A DNA stretch of 62,029 nucleotides, the filler included, from Globobulimina sp. (Eukaryota): the NCBI GenBank assembly GCA_003354225.1. It is 14 parts of 14 records of this genome, joined end to end, with 100 filler letters (N's around TTAATTAATTAA, not from the genome) between each part and the next. Parts side by side here need not be neighbours in the genome. Positions count along the whole stretch, not along the records: positions 1 to 4,345 come from PIVH01001330.1; positions 4,446 to 8,789 come from PIVH01001331.1; positions 8,890 to 13,232 come from PIVH01001332.1; 11 more parts are not named here. One strand, 5' to 3'. This document shows positions 1-11,972 of this stretch, piece by piece. The position numbers and the translations under genes are program-made. Within the stretch, counting starts at the first letter, position 1. Every line of letters begins with the position of its first letter. Under the pieces are notes generated by a model. The model ran no database searches. It was not told the origin of the DNA and was given only the letters and a program-made list of their open reading frames with translations.

Positions 1-2
1 AT

Positions 3-3000
3 ACTGATTGTAAAATAGACAAACATAGATGTAGAGAGTGTAAGGATTCGAAAACAAAACCGCATAATTACTTAATTTGTTTGAGTAAGAAACCAGGTAG
101 TAACATGTTTTGTTATGGAACAGATCAAGTGGAACAGGAGGAAGAGGAAACTCCTACGAAAGCGTATATGGGTGTTATGTGTGCAACAGGAGTACGTACA
201 AGGGAACAAGTGTTATTATCTACTGCATATGTCAATGCAAGAAAGATAGATACACAACAACAGACTATGTGTAGAGCAATGTATGATACCGGAAGTCAAA
301 AAACCTTCGCGTCAGAAGAATTTGCAAATAGATTAGATTTAAAACCAATTGATCAAGAGATAGTCAATATAAATTCTTTCGCACAAAAAAAGTCGGTTGA
401 ATGCTTGACATCCATTGTTCAGTTTCAGTTACAGACGGTTGATCGGAAATATATAACGATCACAGCAAATGTAACAAAAAATGTGATGGGTATAATCAAA
501 AAATACCCATTAGATACAAAAAGGTATCCAAAATTGGAACAAGTTAATTTGGCGGAGCCATTAACAAAACAAGTAGAAAACGTAAAAGTTGATCTCTTGT
601 TGAGCAACGAATATTGTTCTCAATTGTATGATAGAAAAGACACTATAGAATTAAGTGAAAATCTACAATTGATTCCAACAAAATTGGGTTACGTTATCGG
701 GGGAAAGATAGAGATAGACCCTAACGATAAATTTGACTCGATAAACTTGATGAATGTCTTGTCTAGTGATAATCTATCAACGAAAGAATATGAACCAGAT
801 CTAGAAAGATTTTGGTCATTAGAAGGATTGGGAATAAGAGAGACGGGAGTTTTAAAAGATGACGACAAGGCTCAAGAGCATTTTAATGAAACGGTCATTT
901 TCAGAGAGGAGGAGAAACGGTATGAGATTCAATATCCATACAAAGATAGGTCACAAGAATTACATGACAACTATAACGTAGCGCTTAGAAGACTAAAAAT
1001 GTTGTTGAAAAGGTTGAGTGGTCATTCGGGAATGATCGAACAATACGACAAGGTCTTCAAGGAACATTTGAAGTTAGGGATAATAGAAAGAGTAACAGAA
1101 GATATGGTACCAGGAGATAAAGTATACTATGTACCACATCATTGCGTTGTTAAGCCTGATAGAGCGACCACAAAAATAAGAGTGGTGTATGACGCATCTA
1201 GCAAGGAAAAACCGCATTATCAGAGTTTGAACGAAATGTTGTATAGAGGTCCCGTGGGACTCGAGGACATATGTGGTCTATTGATGCGACTTCGATTAGA
1301 TGAAATCGGAATCATAAGTGACATTGAAAAGGCTTTCCTGCAAATATTGGTAGCAGAGAAAGACAGGGATGCAAACAGGATATTGTGGGTCAAAGATATC
1401 AAAAATTTGAATATAACGATCGATAATTTAGTTATTTATCGATTTAAAAAGGTCGGTTTCGGTAATATTGACAGTCCATTTGAATTAATGGCAGTTATAC
1501 GACATCATATGAAACAAGCGCATATCGATTGTGAAATAGCTAGAGAAATAGCTCAGAATCTTTATGTAGACAACGTTATTACGCGAAAAGGAACAGTAGA
1601 GGAAGCATTGGAGTTTTACAAGGTTTCAAAACAGATATTTCAAAAAATGTCTATGAATCTTAGAGAATGGAGTTCGAATTCTCAAGAGTTTGTTGACGCA
1701 TTACCTGAAAAAGATAGAGCAGTAGGTGATAAAGTCAAAGTTTTGGGACTTATGTGGGATCTAAAGAAAGATTCATTCGCATTACAAAATCCTAAAATCG
1801 GAGAAGTTACAGTTAACACAAAAAGAGATTTGATAAAAGTCATAGCAAAAATATTTGATCCATTGGGACTTTTTTGCGCATCTACAGCAGAAGCTAAATT
1901 GCTCATGCAGTCAGTCTGGAAGGAAAAAATAGGTTGGGATCACAAATTACCCGAAAACATAAAACAAACTTGGGAAAGTTTAGTGCAAAATTTACAGTTG
2001 ATCTCAACAGTAGAAATACCTCAAATAGTTGGTCCAATAAAAGAAGGACAACAAATAGAAATACATTGTTTTGTCGACGCATCAAAAAAGGCGTATGCAG
2101 CAGTATTGTATGTACGTGTAAAAAAGAAAGAGGTATATGAAACATTTCTAACTTTTGCAAAAAATCGAGTAGCGCCAATAAAGGAAATAACATTGCCTCG
2201 ATTAGAATTGATGGCAGCAACTATTGGATCTCGTATTGTCAAATTCGTAATCAGCCAATTGCGATTGACCATAACTAGAACAATTATATGGTCTGATTCG
2301 AAATGCGTATTATCATGGTTGGTAAGTACGAGGGTACTACCAGTTTTCATACGAAATCGAGTCAATGAAATAAAAACAAACGTAAACGATGCAGAATTTC
2401 GGTATGTTCCTACTCAAGATAATCCAGCGGATATACCTACAAAACCACAAAATTTCATTGTAACAGACAAAAATGAATTTTGGTGGAAAGGTCCATCTTG
2501 GTTACGTAAAACGGAAACAGATTGGCCTTTGATAGATAACTTGAATGTAGATCAGGAAATAGAAAACGTTTCAACGATTTTAACAGTAATACAGAGACAA
2601 AGTCTAACTGCACCATTCGATATGGATTTGATGCAATTCTCAAGTTTGCAGGACTTGTTTGCAGGAACAATGCATGAAAGATTCAAAATAAACAAAACGA
2701 AAATTGAATCGGATGTATATGAAATACATCATGCAAAGGAAAGTTGGGAATTATATATCCAAGATACCAATTACGGAGAAATAAAGGATATATTGAAGGG
2801 TAAAGGAAAGGATAGAAGTAAATTGGTAGAAGATTTAGGTCTCTATCTTGACGAAAAAGGTTTATTAAGGTGCAAAGGTAGATTACAAAACGCTGATCTA
2901 ACTTACAATGAAAAATTTCCAAAATTGTTACCCAAAGGAAATCATTATACAAAGTTAGTAATACAAAAGTGTCATAAAGACTCATTACATTCAGGACCAA

Positions 3001-4319
3001 ATCAAACTCTAGCAGAAGTGCGAAAGGAGTATTGGGTACCGCAAGGTCGAAAGGAAGTGCAACAAATAATAAAAGATTGCAAGACTTGTAAAATGTTCAA
3101 CGCAAAATTTTACACATCTCCAGAAGCACCCCCTTTGCCAAAAAGTAGAGTTACAGAGTGTAAACCTTTTGAATACACTGGGGTCGATTATGCAGGACCA
3201 ATAAAATTAGAAAACATTGAAAAGGTATGGATTTGTCTGTTCACGTGTGCTGTGACACGGGCAGTACATTTAGAAATAGTTATAAATCTAACGGCACAAG
3301 AATTCATAAGTGCGTTCAAAAGATTTATATCACGCAGAGGAACACCTAAGTTGATAGTGTCCGATAATGCAAAACATTTTAAATTAACACAAGAAGCATT
3401 AGACATATTGTTCAAACATTTGCCAAAACCTTATAGTAAAGACTATTCAAAACAAGATTACGTTACAAAGCAAAGGTTGCAATGGCAGTTCATAGTCGAA
3501 AGAGCACCTTGGATGGGAGGCTTTTACGAAAGATTAATAGGAACAATAAAGAGAAGCTTAGAAAGGACAATGGGTATAAAATTAATAGCACTCAACGAGT
3601 TTCAAACACTTGTTATTGAAATCGAAGCTGTTATTAATTCTAGACCTTTGATCAGATTAACAGAAAACATAAACGACACTATTTTGACGCCGGCAAATCT
3701 TTTGTTTACAAGTACATACACAGGGTTACCAAACGTTCCAATAGATTTGGACCCAGAGTACATGCCAACACGAAACAAAAGATATGAATTAGAACTTTTA
3801 TGGTACAACGGACAAAAAATGCTAAACCATTTTTGGAAAATCTGGAAAAATAGTTATTTGTTAGATTTAAGAAAGCAAAATTGGTTTGGTAAAAAACAGA
3901 GCGCACGTAATGTCACGCTAGAAAAACCAGAAATTGGAGCAACAGTATTGATAAAAGACAAAACTCCTAGGGCACAATGGAAAACAGGTGTAATAGTAGA
4001 GTTGCCGAAGGGAAATGACGGTCTGTGTAGGGCAGCGCGTATAAGGTTGCCAAATAAAACTATTTTGAGAAGGGCTATTGCATTTCTCGCCCCTTTAGAG
4101 AGTTCTAAAGTAGACGAGTTGAGTAGTGACTCAAACGAAGTACAATGCATAAATGTATTTGCTGTTTCAGTGCAAGGTGTAGAAAATGTTCAATCAATGT
4201 CGGAAAGTCAACTTTTAAACAAGAGCTCTGACAGCACTGAGAGTACAAAGATGGATGAGTCACTAGAAAACATCGACGAAAATGCGGTATTAGGAATACC
4301 AAGTCCAATCATAAAATAA
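3..4319 (+). mobile_element. BEL/Pao LTR retrotransposon gag-pol polyprotein (5' truncated by contig start)
   Basis: Frame is open from nt 3 (Gag-type knuckle CRECKDSKTKPHNYLIC). Then aspartic protease DTGSQKTF, RT (DIEKAFLQI, YVDN), Pao-type RNase H (HCFVDASKKAYAAV, TLPRLEL, WSDS, NPAD), integrase HHCC and DDE (DYAG, SDNA, GGFYERL), and a C-terminal FWKIWKNSYL motif. PR-RT-RH-IN order in one ORF, and YVDN, are typical of BEL/Pao. Confidence 0.95.
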
Positions 4320-4345
4320 GGAGAGATGGATTGTGCCGTAGAGAA
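4318..4345 (+). promoter_or_regulatory. Putative polypurine tract followed by start of 3' LTR (TGT at 4332)
   Basis: AAGGAGAGATGGA-T-TGTGCCGTAG lies right after the pol stop. The contig ends 14 nt into the presumed LTR, as expected if a repeat broke the assembly. Confidence 0.55.
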
Positions 4346-4445
4346 NNNNNNNNNNNNNNNNNNNNNNNNNNNNNNNNNNNNNNNNNNNNTTAATTAATTA
4401 ANNNNNNNNNNNNNNNNNNNNNNNNNNNNNNNNNNNNNNNNNNNN
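4346..4445. other. Artificial contig linker (44 N + TTAATTAATTAA + 44 N), first of 13
   Basis: Identical 100-bp spacers start at 4346, 8790, 13233, 17674, 22114, 26553, 30991, 35428, 39865, 44300, 48734, 53167 and 57599. The core gives stops in all six frames. Contig lengths fall from 4345 to 4331 without ever rising. Confidence 0.99.
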
Positions 4446-4934
4446 GTCCGCCGTGGTTATGACTGTCGCCAATGAATTGAATGCATTGCTCGCATTGGTG
4501 GTATTGATCACCAAATGATTTAATGCATCACTCAAAGAGGCAAATGGCCACGACACAGTGCTCGCATTGAAATATCGATAAAACAAATATGAATCCCAAC
4601 TGTAATATCTGGCCATGGGTGGAGTGCACCCCACGAATATGATCGCATCCATTGCTCGCAAATAAATGCCCCATCGCGTTTCTCGCGTTCCCCACGGGGG
4701 TATTTCATAAATGGCGTAAATGCCATTTGGATTGGCTGCCCACATTGTCTGGTTTGGACACCATACCATATTTCCGACTGTAATGTCATACTCTTCCGTG
4801 ATCGAGGAGGAAGACATCAATTTTGAATAGACATTTTGTGCATATTGCTTGCCATCACATAATTGACACTCACATGCAGCAATTATAAATGTGAGGATCA
4901 ACACAACCGATTGCAGGCAAGAATGAGGCACCAT
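4446..4934 (-). CDS. Secreted protein of unknown function (3' truncated)
   Basis: Signal-peptide-like N-terminus (VVLILTFIIAACEC), then a globular region (FVGCTPPMARYYSW). Runs off the contig end. Confidence 0.6.
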
Positions 4935-5107
4935 GGTAAAACTGAAGTGTTAAAATGGAGTTGCAAGTAATGGCGGATAAATGCGAGAGATTGAACATGA
5001 ATGATGTGACAAAAAATAGCAGCGCAGAGCGGGAGCTCCGGATATTTAATGATATCGATGATAACAAATATAACTTTGACAACAACGGGGAAATAAACAC
5101 GCCACAC

Positions 5108-5800
5108 TCAGTGGATACGGCTACGCCGGAAAGCTCCGTATCGGTGGTGTCTGTAAACAGCCCCTCTCCAGATATCAATATTATAATTTGACAAACAACA
5201 CAGGTACACAAGTCGACAAACAACACATACAACACAACACAACACAAGACATGTACAACACATATGATTCATATTCATTTTGCATACCATGATGGGACAG
5301 TTTCGTGGGTATTCGAAATACAAAATATCCAATTCATTGGATTTGTGTAGGAATTTTTGTGATTTTATTTCTTCACATGATAATTTCTGAACTTTCTCTT
5401 TTTGTGAGGAGGGACTGAGCGATGATACGGTCCGTTCTAAAAAATAAATTTTATTTTTGCCGCGTCTTTTCGAATATATCATAAATGCGGCAACTATTAA
5501 TACCGTGCTATGAATAAATATATCAATGATTGATAACCATATTCGAGCTAAAAATAAAAAATTTGCTGTTAATAACCCTGCCATAATGCCATAATAAAAC
5601 AACGCTCGAGGATGTGTATCAAATCTGTTTTGCGTTGTGGTTGTTTTGCAATGGAAGCCATCACCTAATAATGTAATATCTTTGTCAAACAACAAATTGT
5701 AATCACCATAATGTTGAACATCATTTGTTATTGTTTCTGTCTTCTTTTCTACCATTTCAAGTTCATCGACTTCATCCTGACGAAAAATGAAGTCTGTCAT
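5108..5800 (-). CDS. Hypothetical membrane protein (2 TM); 3' end uncertain
   Basis: 230-aa ORF with two hydrophobic helices. The Cys/Val tail comes from an ACACA simple repeat and may be non-coding. Confidence 0.5.
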   Translation of the reverse strand: MTDFIFRQDEVDELEMVEKKTETITNDVQHYGDYNLLFDKDITLLGDGFHCKTTTTQNRFDTHPRALFYYGIMAGLLTANFLFLARIWLSIIDIFIHSTVLIVAAFMIYSKRRGKNKIYFLERTVSSLSPSSQKEKVQKLSCEEIKSQKFLHKSNELDILYFEYPRNCPIMVCKMNMNHMCCTCLVLCCVVCVVCRLVYLCCLSNYNIDIWRGAVYRHHRYGAFRRSRIH

Positions 5801-5854
5801 TTCGTTTTAAGCTTCCACCTCTCACAAAGTAAGTTTTTTGTTTGTTAATTCGTA

Positions 5855-6560
5855 ATGACAACCCATCAGCAGGCTACATTACATTTACGCAACGATGGTG
5901 TAACCTTATGGTTGAATAAAAATAACATTTCCATAGAGGCACAAGACCTACACACAGACTCTAATAAACAATTACCACCTGAAATTCAACCAAAATCAAA
6001 TAGAACTGTTACCGATACAAAACAGTCAATCATTGCACCATTATATTCACATTCACATTCACGATCTATAAGGTATATATTATATAATTATTATATATAA
6101 ATCTAACTATAACATACATAGTGATTCACAAGCATCATTTGTAACAAATCATAGTGATGTGACAGCATCAATCAATTACAAAAAATTACCAGCTAAATCA
6201 CAGAAAAATCACATCCCAAAATACAGAGAAAGTATGAGTAGAGATCGAGATTCCACTCAAATACGCTCATTACAGCTAATTACACCTCGCTCATATTCCA
6301 AATCTCCATCACGTGATAGAGCTTTGTGTGGTTCCTTGATTCAACAAACTCGCAGACACCAACTCAATAAATTTAACAATCCTTATCAATTACGACATTC
6401 TCGCACACCAAACATCCATCAGACTGCTCACACCGCCACGGCCATTTATAACACACACACACAAAATATTAAAAACACACTCAAAAACAAAGCAAAACCG
6501 AGCAGCAAACACCGATATAATAAATCCTATAAATCAAAAGACAAAACGTATATAATATAA
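5855..6560 (+). CDS. Ser/Arg/His-rich low-complexity coding exons (possibly 5' exons of the SAM-TPR gene)
   Basis: ORFs 5855 and 6159 join in frame via a 49-nt intron 6073-6121 (GTATAT..TCTAAC..ATAG). I could not resolve a link to the downstream ORF. Confidence 0.4.
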
Positions 6561-6706
6561 CTTACACATTATAATCAGATAAAATCCACCGAATACGCCC
6601 ACATAACTAACCAAAATGTATTCATTTCTATCAAATCAATGTAGATTAACGAAGTCTGAAAACTGTCGAAGAGAGAAATAGGTTATAAGTCTACATCAAA
6701 ACTACG

Positions 6707-8695
6707 TTGATTCAGATAGAATTAAATCAATTTTGGTTTGCATTGTATTGTGTAATATGTGTATGGATTTTATCTTATTTGTTTACTTACAAATTACAAA
6801 CACTTTTTATTGTATGTCGAAACAGTTTGGATCTACCAACATTTTGCTTGAATGAATGGTTGCTATCGATGGACATCTTGGAATATCGACACATTTTTTG
6901 TGCCGAAGGATTTGATAAATTGGGCGCCATCGTCGAACTAAACAGCGATGATTTGCGCGAAATGAATATACCCAAAGGACATTGTAAGATGATATTACGA
7001 CAGGTTCATAATTTGCAAATTGAATTAAATATTAAACCCATTAATAAACATCAAAAACAGTCCTATTCCGATCCTATAATACCTTCCATCCATAAGATAT
7101 TATCCATGGATGACGATGATGAGTATTTTAGCGGTGAGGACGAGGACAAATTATCTATTCATAAAAGTTGTGGTTTCCCTGATATTGATTCCAATGTCAT
7201 TGATATAAATAAGATCCACGGCCATGGACATGCAGATAAATCAGAACTCGTTGAACATTCCATTGACAGCCTTGGCTTTCATACTTTTCCTCGCACTTCG
7301 ACCAATACCTCGCCATTGCCATTAAATGTAAATATTAAAAATAACAACAAAGCATTACAAGCATTAACTGTAAATATCCCATCCCGTCCATCCATATCGT
7401 CGCATAAAAATAATAAAAGGTTTAATTATCGGCGCAGACCGCAACACGAAACTGTGCAAAAACAGAAAAAAAGCAAAAAGAAAGCACACTATCAGTCGAA
7501 ATCGAGTCCGTTGATGAATATCAGCACCGAGAAATTATTGAAAAAGTCCAAGAAATGTGTTAAAAACAAAAAAGAGCAACACGCGAATCGTATGCATTGG
7601 TTTCTGTGTGGTTCGAGTAAAAATTCACAGCACAAAAATGAGCAAAACATTGATATCGAGCTTAAACATAATGAGATTGAAACAGGCCATGAGGCGGAGG
7701 CGGCGACGGAGACTGATAATATAACGCCTGAGTTCATACCAACACATTTACAAAACCAGCAGGAAAGTATTGCCCTATCGATATCTGCGGAGGAATTGGA
7801 TTTAAACTCGCCATCAATGGATGAGTATTATGAGAGAGAGGCGCGGGAAACGTTGAATGTGGCAAAGGAATTGCACCGCATTGGAAACATTGTGCACGCC
7901 GCTGAGAAATATGCGGAATTTCTGCACTATTTTCGTAACGATGTGGATGCCCGCATTCGATATGCATTATGTTTATTAGATTTGGAGGAATACGCTCTGT
8001 GTAAGGCGCAGTTGGATTTATTGATTAAATGCAATGAACAGAATTTAAATAACAATATGTTGCAGTTTGTGTATGGTTTATTGCAACATAAATGTAATAA
8101 CTTCAATGATGCCGTGAAACATTACAATGCAGCATTAATCCATGGATATATGTATAAAGATCGCATCTATAACAATTTGGCCTCACTGTGCCGCTCATGT
8201 AAGGACTATATTAATGCAGAAAAATATCAATTATTAGCTGTACAATCTAATAATACAAATTATATTTCCTATATAAATTATGCTAAAATATTAACTGATA
8301 TCGGCTTCATTCGCTATAATGAGGCCACCAAAGCCTATCAAAATGCGATCGCGTTGCGGCCAGATTTGATACATATTCATGTTGAATTTGCCTTGTTTTT
8401 AATGGATATAAAACAGGATTATTTGTTGGCGGCTACACAGTTGAATACTGCACATAAATTGGCGCCAAACAATGAGGAAATCAATCAGTTGTTGGCCCAG
8501 GCCATCCAATACTGTGCAGATGAACATTCTGATGATTCTGATGATTATTCGTGTACATCCTCGTCATGTTCGGCTGAGAATGATAATGATAATAAAGGAG
8601 GGCTGCCGGAGGCACGTGATCCGGTAAGGAAAGGGTTTCTAAATCACAATGAAGATGATGCTGTATCGGTGTTATCCGATCTATCTGACATTTGA
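6707..8695 (+). CDS. SAM-domain + TPR-repeat protein (true 5' end uncertain)
   Basis: SAM domain LNEWLLSMDILEYRHIF..DLREMNIPKGHCKMIL, a disordered linker, then C-terminal TPRs (YNNLA, YINYA, A..AYQNAIALRP, AHKLAPNN). Confidence 0.8.
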   Translation: MIQIELNQFWFALYCVICVWILSYLFTYKLQTLFIVCRNSLDLPTFCLNEWLLSMDILEYRHIFCAEGFDKLGAIVELNSDDLREMNIPKGHCKMILRQVHNLQIELNIKPINKHQKQSYSDPIIPSIHKILSMDDDDEYFSGEDEDKLSIHKSCGFPDIDSNVIDINKIHGHGHADKSELVEHSIDSLGFHTFPRTSTNTSPLPLNVNIKNNNKALQALTVNIPSRPSISSHKNNKRFNYRRRPQHETVQKQKKSKKKAHYQSKSSPLMNISTEKLLKKSKKCVKNKKEQHANRMHWFLCGSSKNSQHKNEQNIDIELKHNEIETGHEAEAATETDNITPEFIPTHLQNQQESIALSISAEELDLNSPSMDEYYEREARETLNVAKELHRIGNIVHAAEKYAEFLHYFRNDVDARIRYALCLLDLEEYALCKAQLDLLIKCNEQNLNNNMLQFVYGLLQHKCNNFNDAVKHYNAALIHGYMYKDRIYNNLASLCRSCKDYINAEKYQLLAVQSNNTNYISYINYAKILTDIGFIRYNEATKAYQNAIALRPDLIHIHVEFALFLMDIKQDYLLAATQLNTAHKLAPNNEEINQLLAQAIQYCADEHSDDSDDYSCTSSSCSAENDNDNKGGLPEARDPVRKGFLNHNEDDAVSVLSDLSDI

Positions 8696-8891
8696 TATAA
8701 TCATTTGACGAAGTGTCTATTTGTAGCTTTTATATTTTTTACTTTTTTTTATTATTATTATTTTTTTTCAGGGTTTTTTGGGGGATTTTNNNNNNNNNNN
8801 NNNNNNNNNNNNNNNNNNNNNNNNNNNNNNNNNTTAATTAATTAANNNNNNNNNNNNNNNNNNNNNNNNNNNNNNNNNNNNNNNNNNNNAT

Positions 8892-10097
8892 TCTGAAGGC
8901 ATTGCATCGGAATGTGATGGACATCGGCCATGTAGCCATTGTATGAAATATATCAAAGATGAGGTATTAGATATGACTCAATTAAAATATATATCCATGG
9001 ATGAGAATGAAATGCAGATTGAAACTGAGACCGAAGCGCACAAATATTGTAAAAATCGACCGTGTACATTTGATGAGTTTGAAAATGACATTTCGATGCG
9101 ACATTGGCTCAAAATTCATAATAATAAGTTATATCAAGTGATGATTCAAGAAAAAAGAGAAAAAGATCAGCAAAAACTAGAGGACGAGGAGGAGGAAGAT
9201 AAAAATGACGATGTTGCCAATGATATGCATAGCAATGGCAATCAGAGTCAGTCCATAATGAAAGCAAAAGAAGAGGAAGAATTAATACGTTATAAACTGC
9301 CGTATTCCGAGCCAGAATTTGTAGATTGTGTGCCGCATTATGCTCGATATAAATGTCAGGTGAATGGCTGTGATGCTTTATTTAGCGATAAATATCGATA
9401 TACAATGCATAAATTATGGGCACACAAAGAGATCATAAGCAGTAAGAAAGCCATCCACAATTATAACAATTGCAACATATTGAACCATTTCCAGAGTGAT
9501 AAACCACTAAAATATGCCTGTCCGTATGCGGGATGCTTGCGAGGCGCTAATAATAGCCAAGAAATTGAACAACACATATTGCGACATCATGATATTACGG
9601 ACCCTACAAAGCCAAAGAAACAAATAAATAAACAATCAAAGCAAGCCAAACCAGCGCATAATAAGAATAAGAATGTGAATGCCAATACGAATGAGAATGT
9701 GGATGATATTAATTGTGTTGGTGTTGCTTATTTATCGCAAGCAGAAAAAAGGAAAATGTCCAAAATATGGCTCGAGGCAAAATCATTGCGGATTGATCCC
9801 AAATATCAGAGGGATTTGGTCAAACATTTTGTGGATTGTGTTTTGACGGAGAACTTGGATAAATTTGATAAAACGACAAAGAAATTACAAAGGGAATATC
9901 AACAGAATATGGATAGGATTGCGTACAATGAGAGTATGAACAGGAATAATAATAGCAATGCAATAAAAAATAGTACGCATACTAATAATAATAGCAATGC
10001 GATGAATGGGAATGGTAATTTGCCACCGCCACTCACTGATGATTTATCCACAGAGGATAATAATAATAGTTCTGGCCCAAAGTCATTGTGGGGATAA
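8892..10097 (+). CDS. C2H2 zinc-finger protein (5' truncated)
   Basis: YKCQVNGCDALF..YTMHKLWAH and YACPYAGC..EQHILRHH. Frame is open back to the contig start (SEGIASECDGHRPCSHC). Confidence 0.8.
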   Translation, partial: SEGIASECDGHRPCSHCMKYIKDEVLDMTQLKYISMDENEMQIETETEAHKYCKNRPCTFDEFENDISMRHWLKIHNNKLYQVMIQEKREKDQQKLEDEEEEDKNDDVANDMHSNGNQSQSIMKAKEEEELIRYKLPYSEPEFVDCVPHYARYKCQVNGCDALFSDKYRYTMHKLWAHKEIISSKKAIHNYNNCNILNHFQSDKPLKYACPYAGCLRGANNSQEIEQHILRHHDITDPTKPKKQINKQSKQAKPAHNKNKNVNANTNENVDDINCVGVAYLSQAEKRKMSKIWLEAKSLRIDPKYQRDLVKHFVDCVLTENLDKFDKTTKKLQREYQQNMDRIAYNESMNRNNNSNAIKNSTHTNNNSNAMNGNGNLPPPLTDDLSTEDNNNSSGPKSLWG

Positions 10098-10784
10098 ATC
10101 TGATGTATATTGCAGATGGTATGTTTTTTATATATGTTATATTTTGTAATGCCATTTTTTGTTCAAATTGTTTTGAGATATTTACGTTATTTTTGATAAT
10201 GTTTTTGTATCTTTTGATATTCAATAATGGCGTATATAAAGGGTACTTTTTTTGGTTGGATTGTATGTCTCATATTTTATATGGCATTAATGACATGGGA
10301 CGGTTTTCGTTTTATGTTATTTTATGTTTGACCTATGATTTACTGAAAGAGTTATTGATAGTCCTTAGATCTCTTATCTTTGTTTTCTGTGATGGATAGG
10401 AAATGGGTCATAACTATCATACATCTATGTTTTTAATTTTTTTGTTTGTAAAAGATTGTGTTGTGTGCATATATAGGAAATAAATTGGAATGAATTTGTA
10501 CTGGTAATAACTCGTTATACTCTCTCTAAAATGTTTAAATTTATGAATATGAATCTTCCATTTTGTTGTATACTTACTTGATTTACGAATGTATACTGTT
10601 CAAAATGTTGCTCTATCTCATAGGAATATGATAGGATCTCATTTATAAATTTGTGAAAGATCGCAAAACATTTCGAGCGATTTTGAAATAGTATCATGTA
10701 TCAATACGAACATAGCAAAAATCAAAGAAAATTGTCAACACAAAATTTAAACATATAAAAAAATTATCACACAATTTTAACATA

Positions 10785-11813
10785 TTATACACTATATTCA
10801 TGAATATTTTGTGAATATTCAACATCTCTTAATTGAATATAATATCCCCATTTACTCACAACCTGAATATCAAGTGCTTCCATAAACGCATACTGTAACG
10901 CCAATGGCTGAGACCCTGTACACTCTGCAAAATCTAAACCAACTTTTACTTTCAAAAAATGTAAAATATATTTTGCGGCTAATATGGAACCTGCATTAAA
11001 CTCAAAATATTTGGATACATTTTCTTTTAATTTCTCATTAAACTGTGGATCAAACGTATTTTCATTTTGTTTCATCCATTCCTTCATTTCATCATAAAAT
11101 GGATCATGATCACCATCATCGTCTTCAATATTATCATAATCGACCTCTTCTGCAATCACATCAACACCGGGCGAGCTACTTTGTTCATGCAATAATATTC
11201 TATCGATACAATCTAATTTGCCCCCTTCCACCGACAATTTACGTGTTTTACATTCTTTCTTTAATTTTTTCGTACTTTTCTTCAATAATTCATTTTTATC
11301 TTTTTGTGGGTCAGTTTTTTTTGGACCGAGCGAAATTTGTTGCGCTTTTGTACTACTTTTTTTTACCCATTCTTGCTTATGATTTGTGGATGGATGGATA
11401 CACGAATTGCATTTACCTTTACTCCATTTGCTTGAATTCTCGATAAATACACTACATTTACAGCCAGATTGTTGACAGGCACCAGGTATTAATATCATAT
11501 CATCGGTTTTCGTTTCTTCACTGCCGGCACTGTCTGCTTTTGTAATTGGTGATCTTGTGGGTGACGCAACTGGTGACGGCTCATTATATATATCCACTTT
11601 GTCTGGCGTTTGTTGACCTTTTTGAGGCGCATTGTCCTCTTTTTTTTTATTTGGTGCATTCCACATTGACGTATTTAATTTGCCTGGCTTTTTGCTACCA
11701 ATCCAACCATTTTTATCAATTACCCTGGATGTATCCTCTTTTTTTTTTTTTGGTGTGTTCCACATTGACGTATTCAATTTGCCTGGATTTTTTGTCCCTG
11801 TCCAGTCACTCAT
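10785..11813 (-). CDS. SAP-domain protein with N-terminal 33-aa-period repeat and Cys/His cluster
   Basis: SAP-like LKKECKTRKLSVEGGKLDCIDRI. Cys/His cluster CQQSGCKCSVF..KCNSCIHPSTNH. Two copies of WxGxKxPGKLNTSMWNxPxKKKED. Confidence 0.7.
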   Translation of the reverse strand: MSDWTGTKNPGKLNTSMWNTPKKKKEDTSRVIDKNGWIGSKKPGKLNTSMWNAPNKKKEDNAPQKGQQTPDKVDIYNEPSPVASPTRSPITKADSAGSEETKTDDMILIPGACQQSGCKCSVFIENSSKWSKGKCNSCIHPSTNHKQEWVKKSSTKAQQISLGPKKTDPQKDKNELLKKSTKKLKKECKTRKLSVEGGKLDCIDRILLHEQSSSPGVDVIAEEVDYDNIEDDDGDHDPFYDEMKEWMKQNENTFDPQFNEKLKENVSKYFEFNAGSILAAKYILHFLKVKVGLDFAECTGSQPLALQYAFMEALDIQVVSKWGYYIQLRDVEYSQNIHEYSV

Positions 11814-11972
11814 GACGCTCGCTTAGATTTAAAACAACTTAAATAAATCTTTTTGACTCTTTTTTTGAGTATCTAATCTGACAAACAAATCATAACTAAT
11901 CCGCTGTGGTTGACAGCAGTAAACTTGCCAACAAAATCAATCACAAACAAAACATGGCAAATATTGAGTTTA

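Noticed and set aside
4390..4401. Recurrent TTAATTAATTAA palindrome at ~4.44-kb spacing as a biological repeat or CRISPR-like array
   Set aside because: Always centred in N runs, so it is an artificial linker. ORF ends reading X..LIN are artefacts.
5215..5265. Cys-rich tail of the 230-aa ORF as a metal-binding domain
   Set aside because: It derives from an ACACA/ACA simple repeat read on the minus strand.
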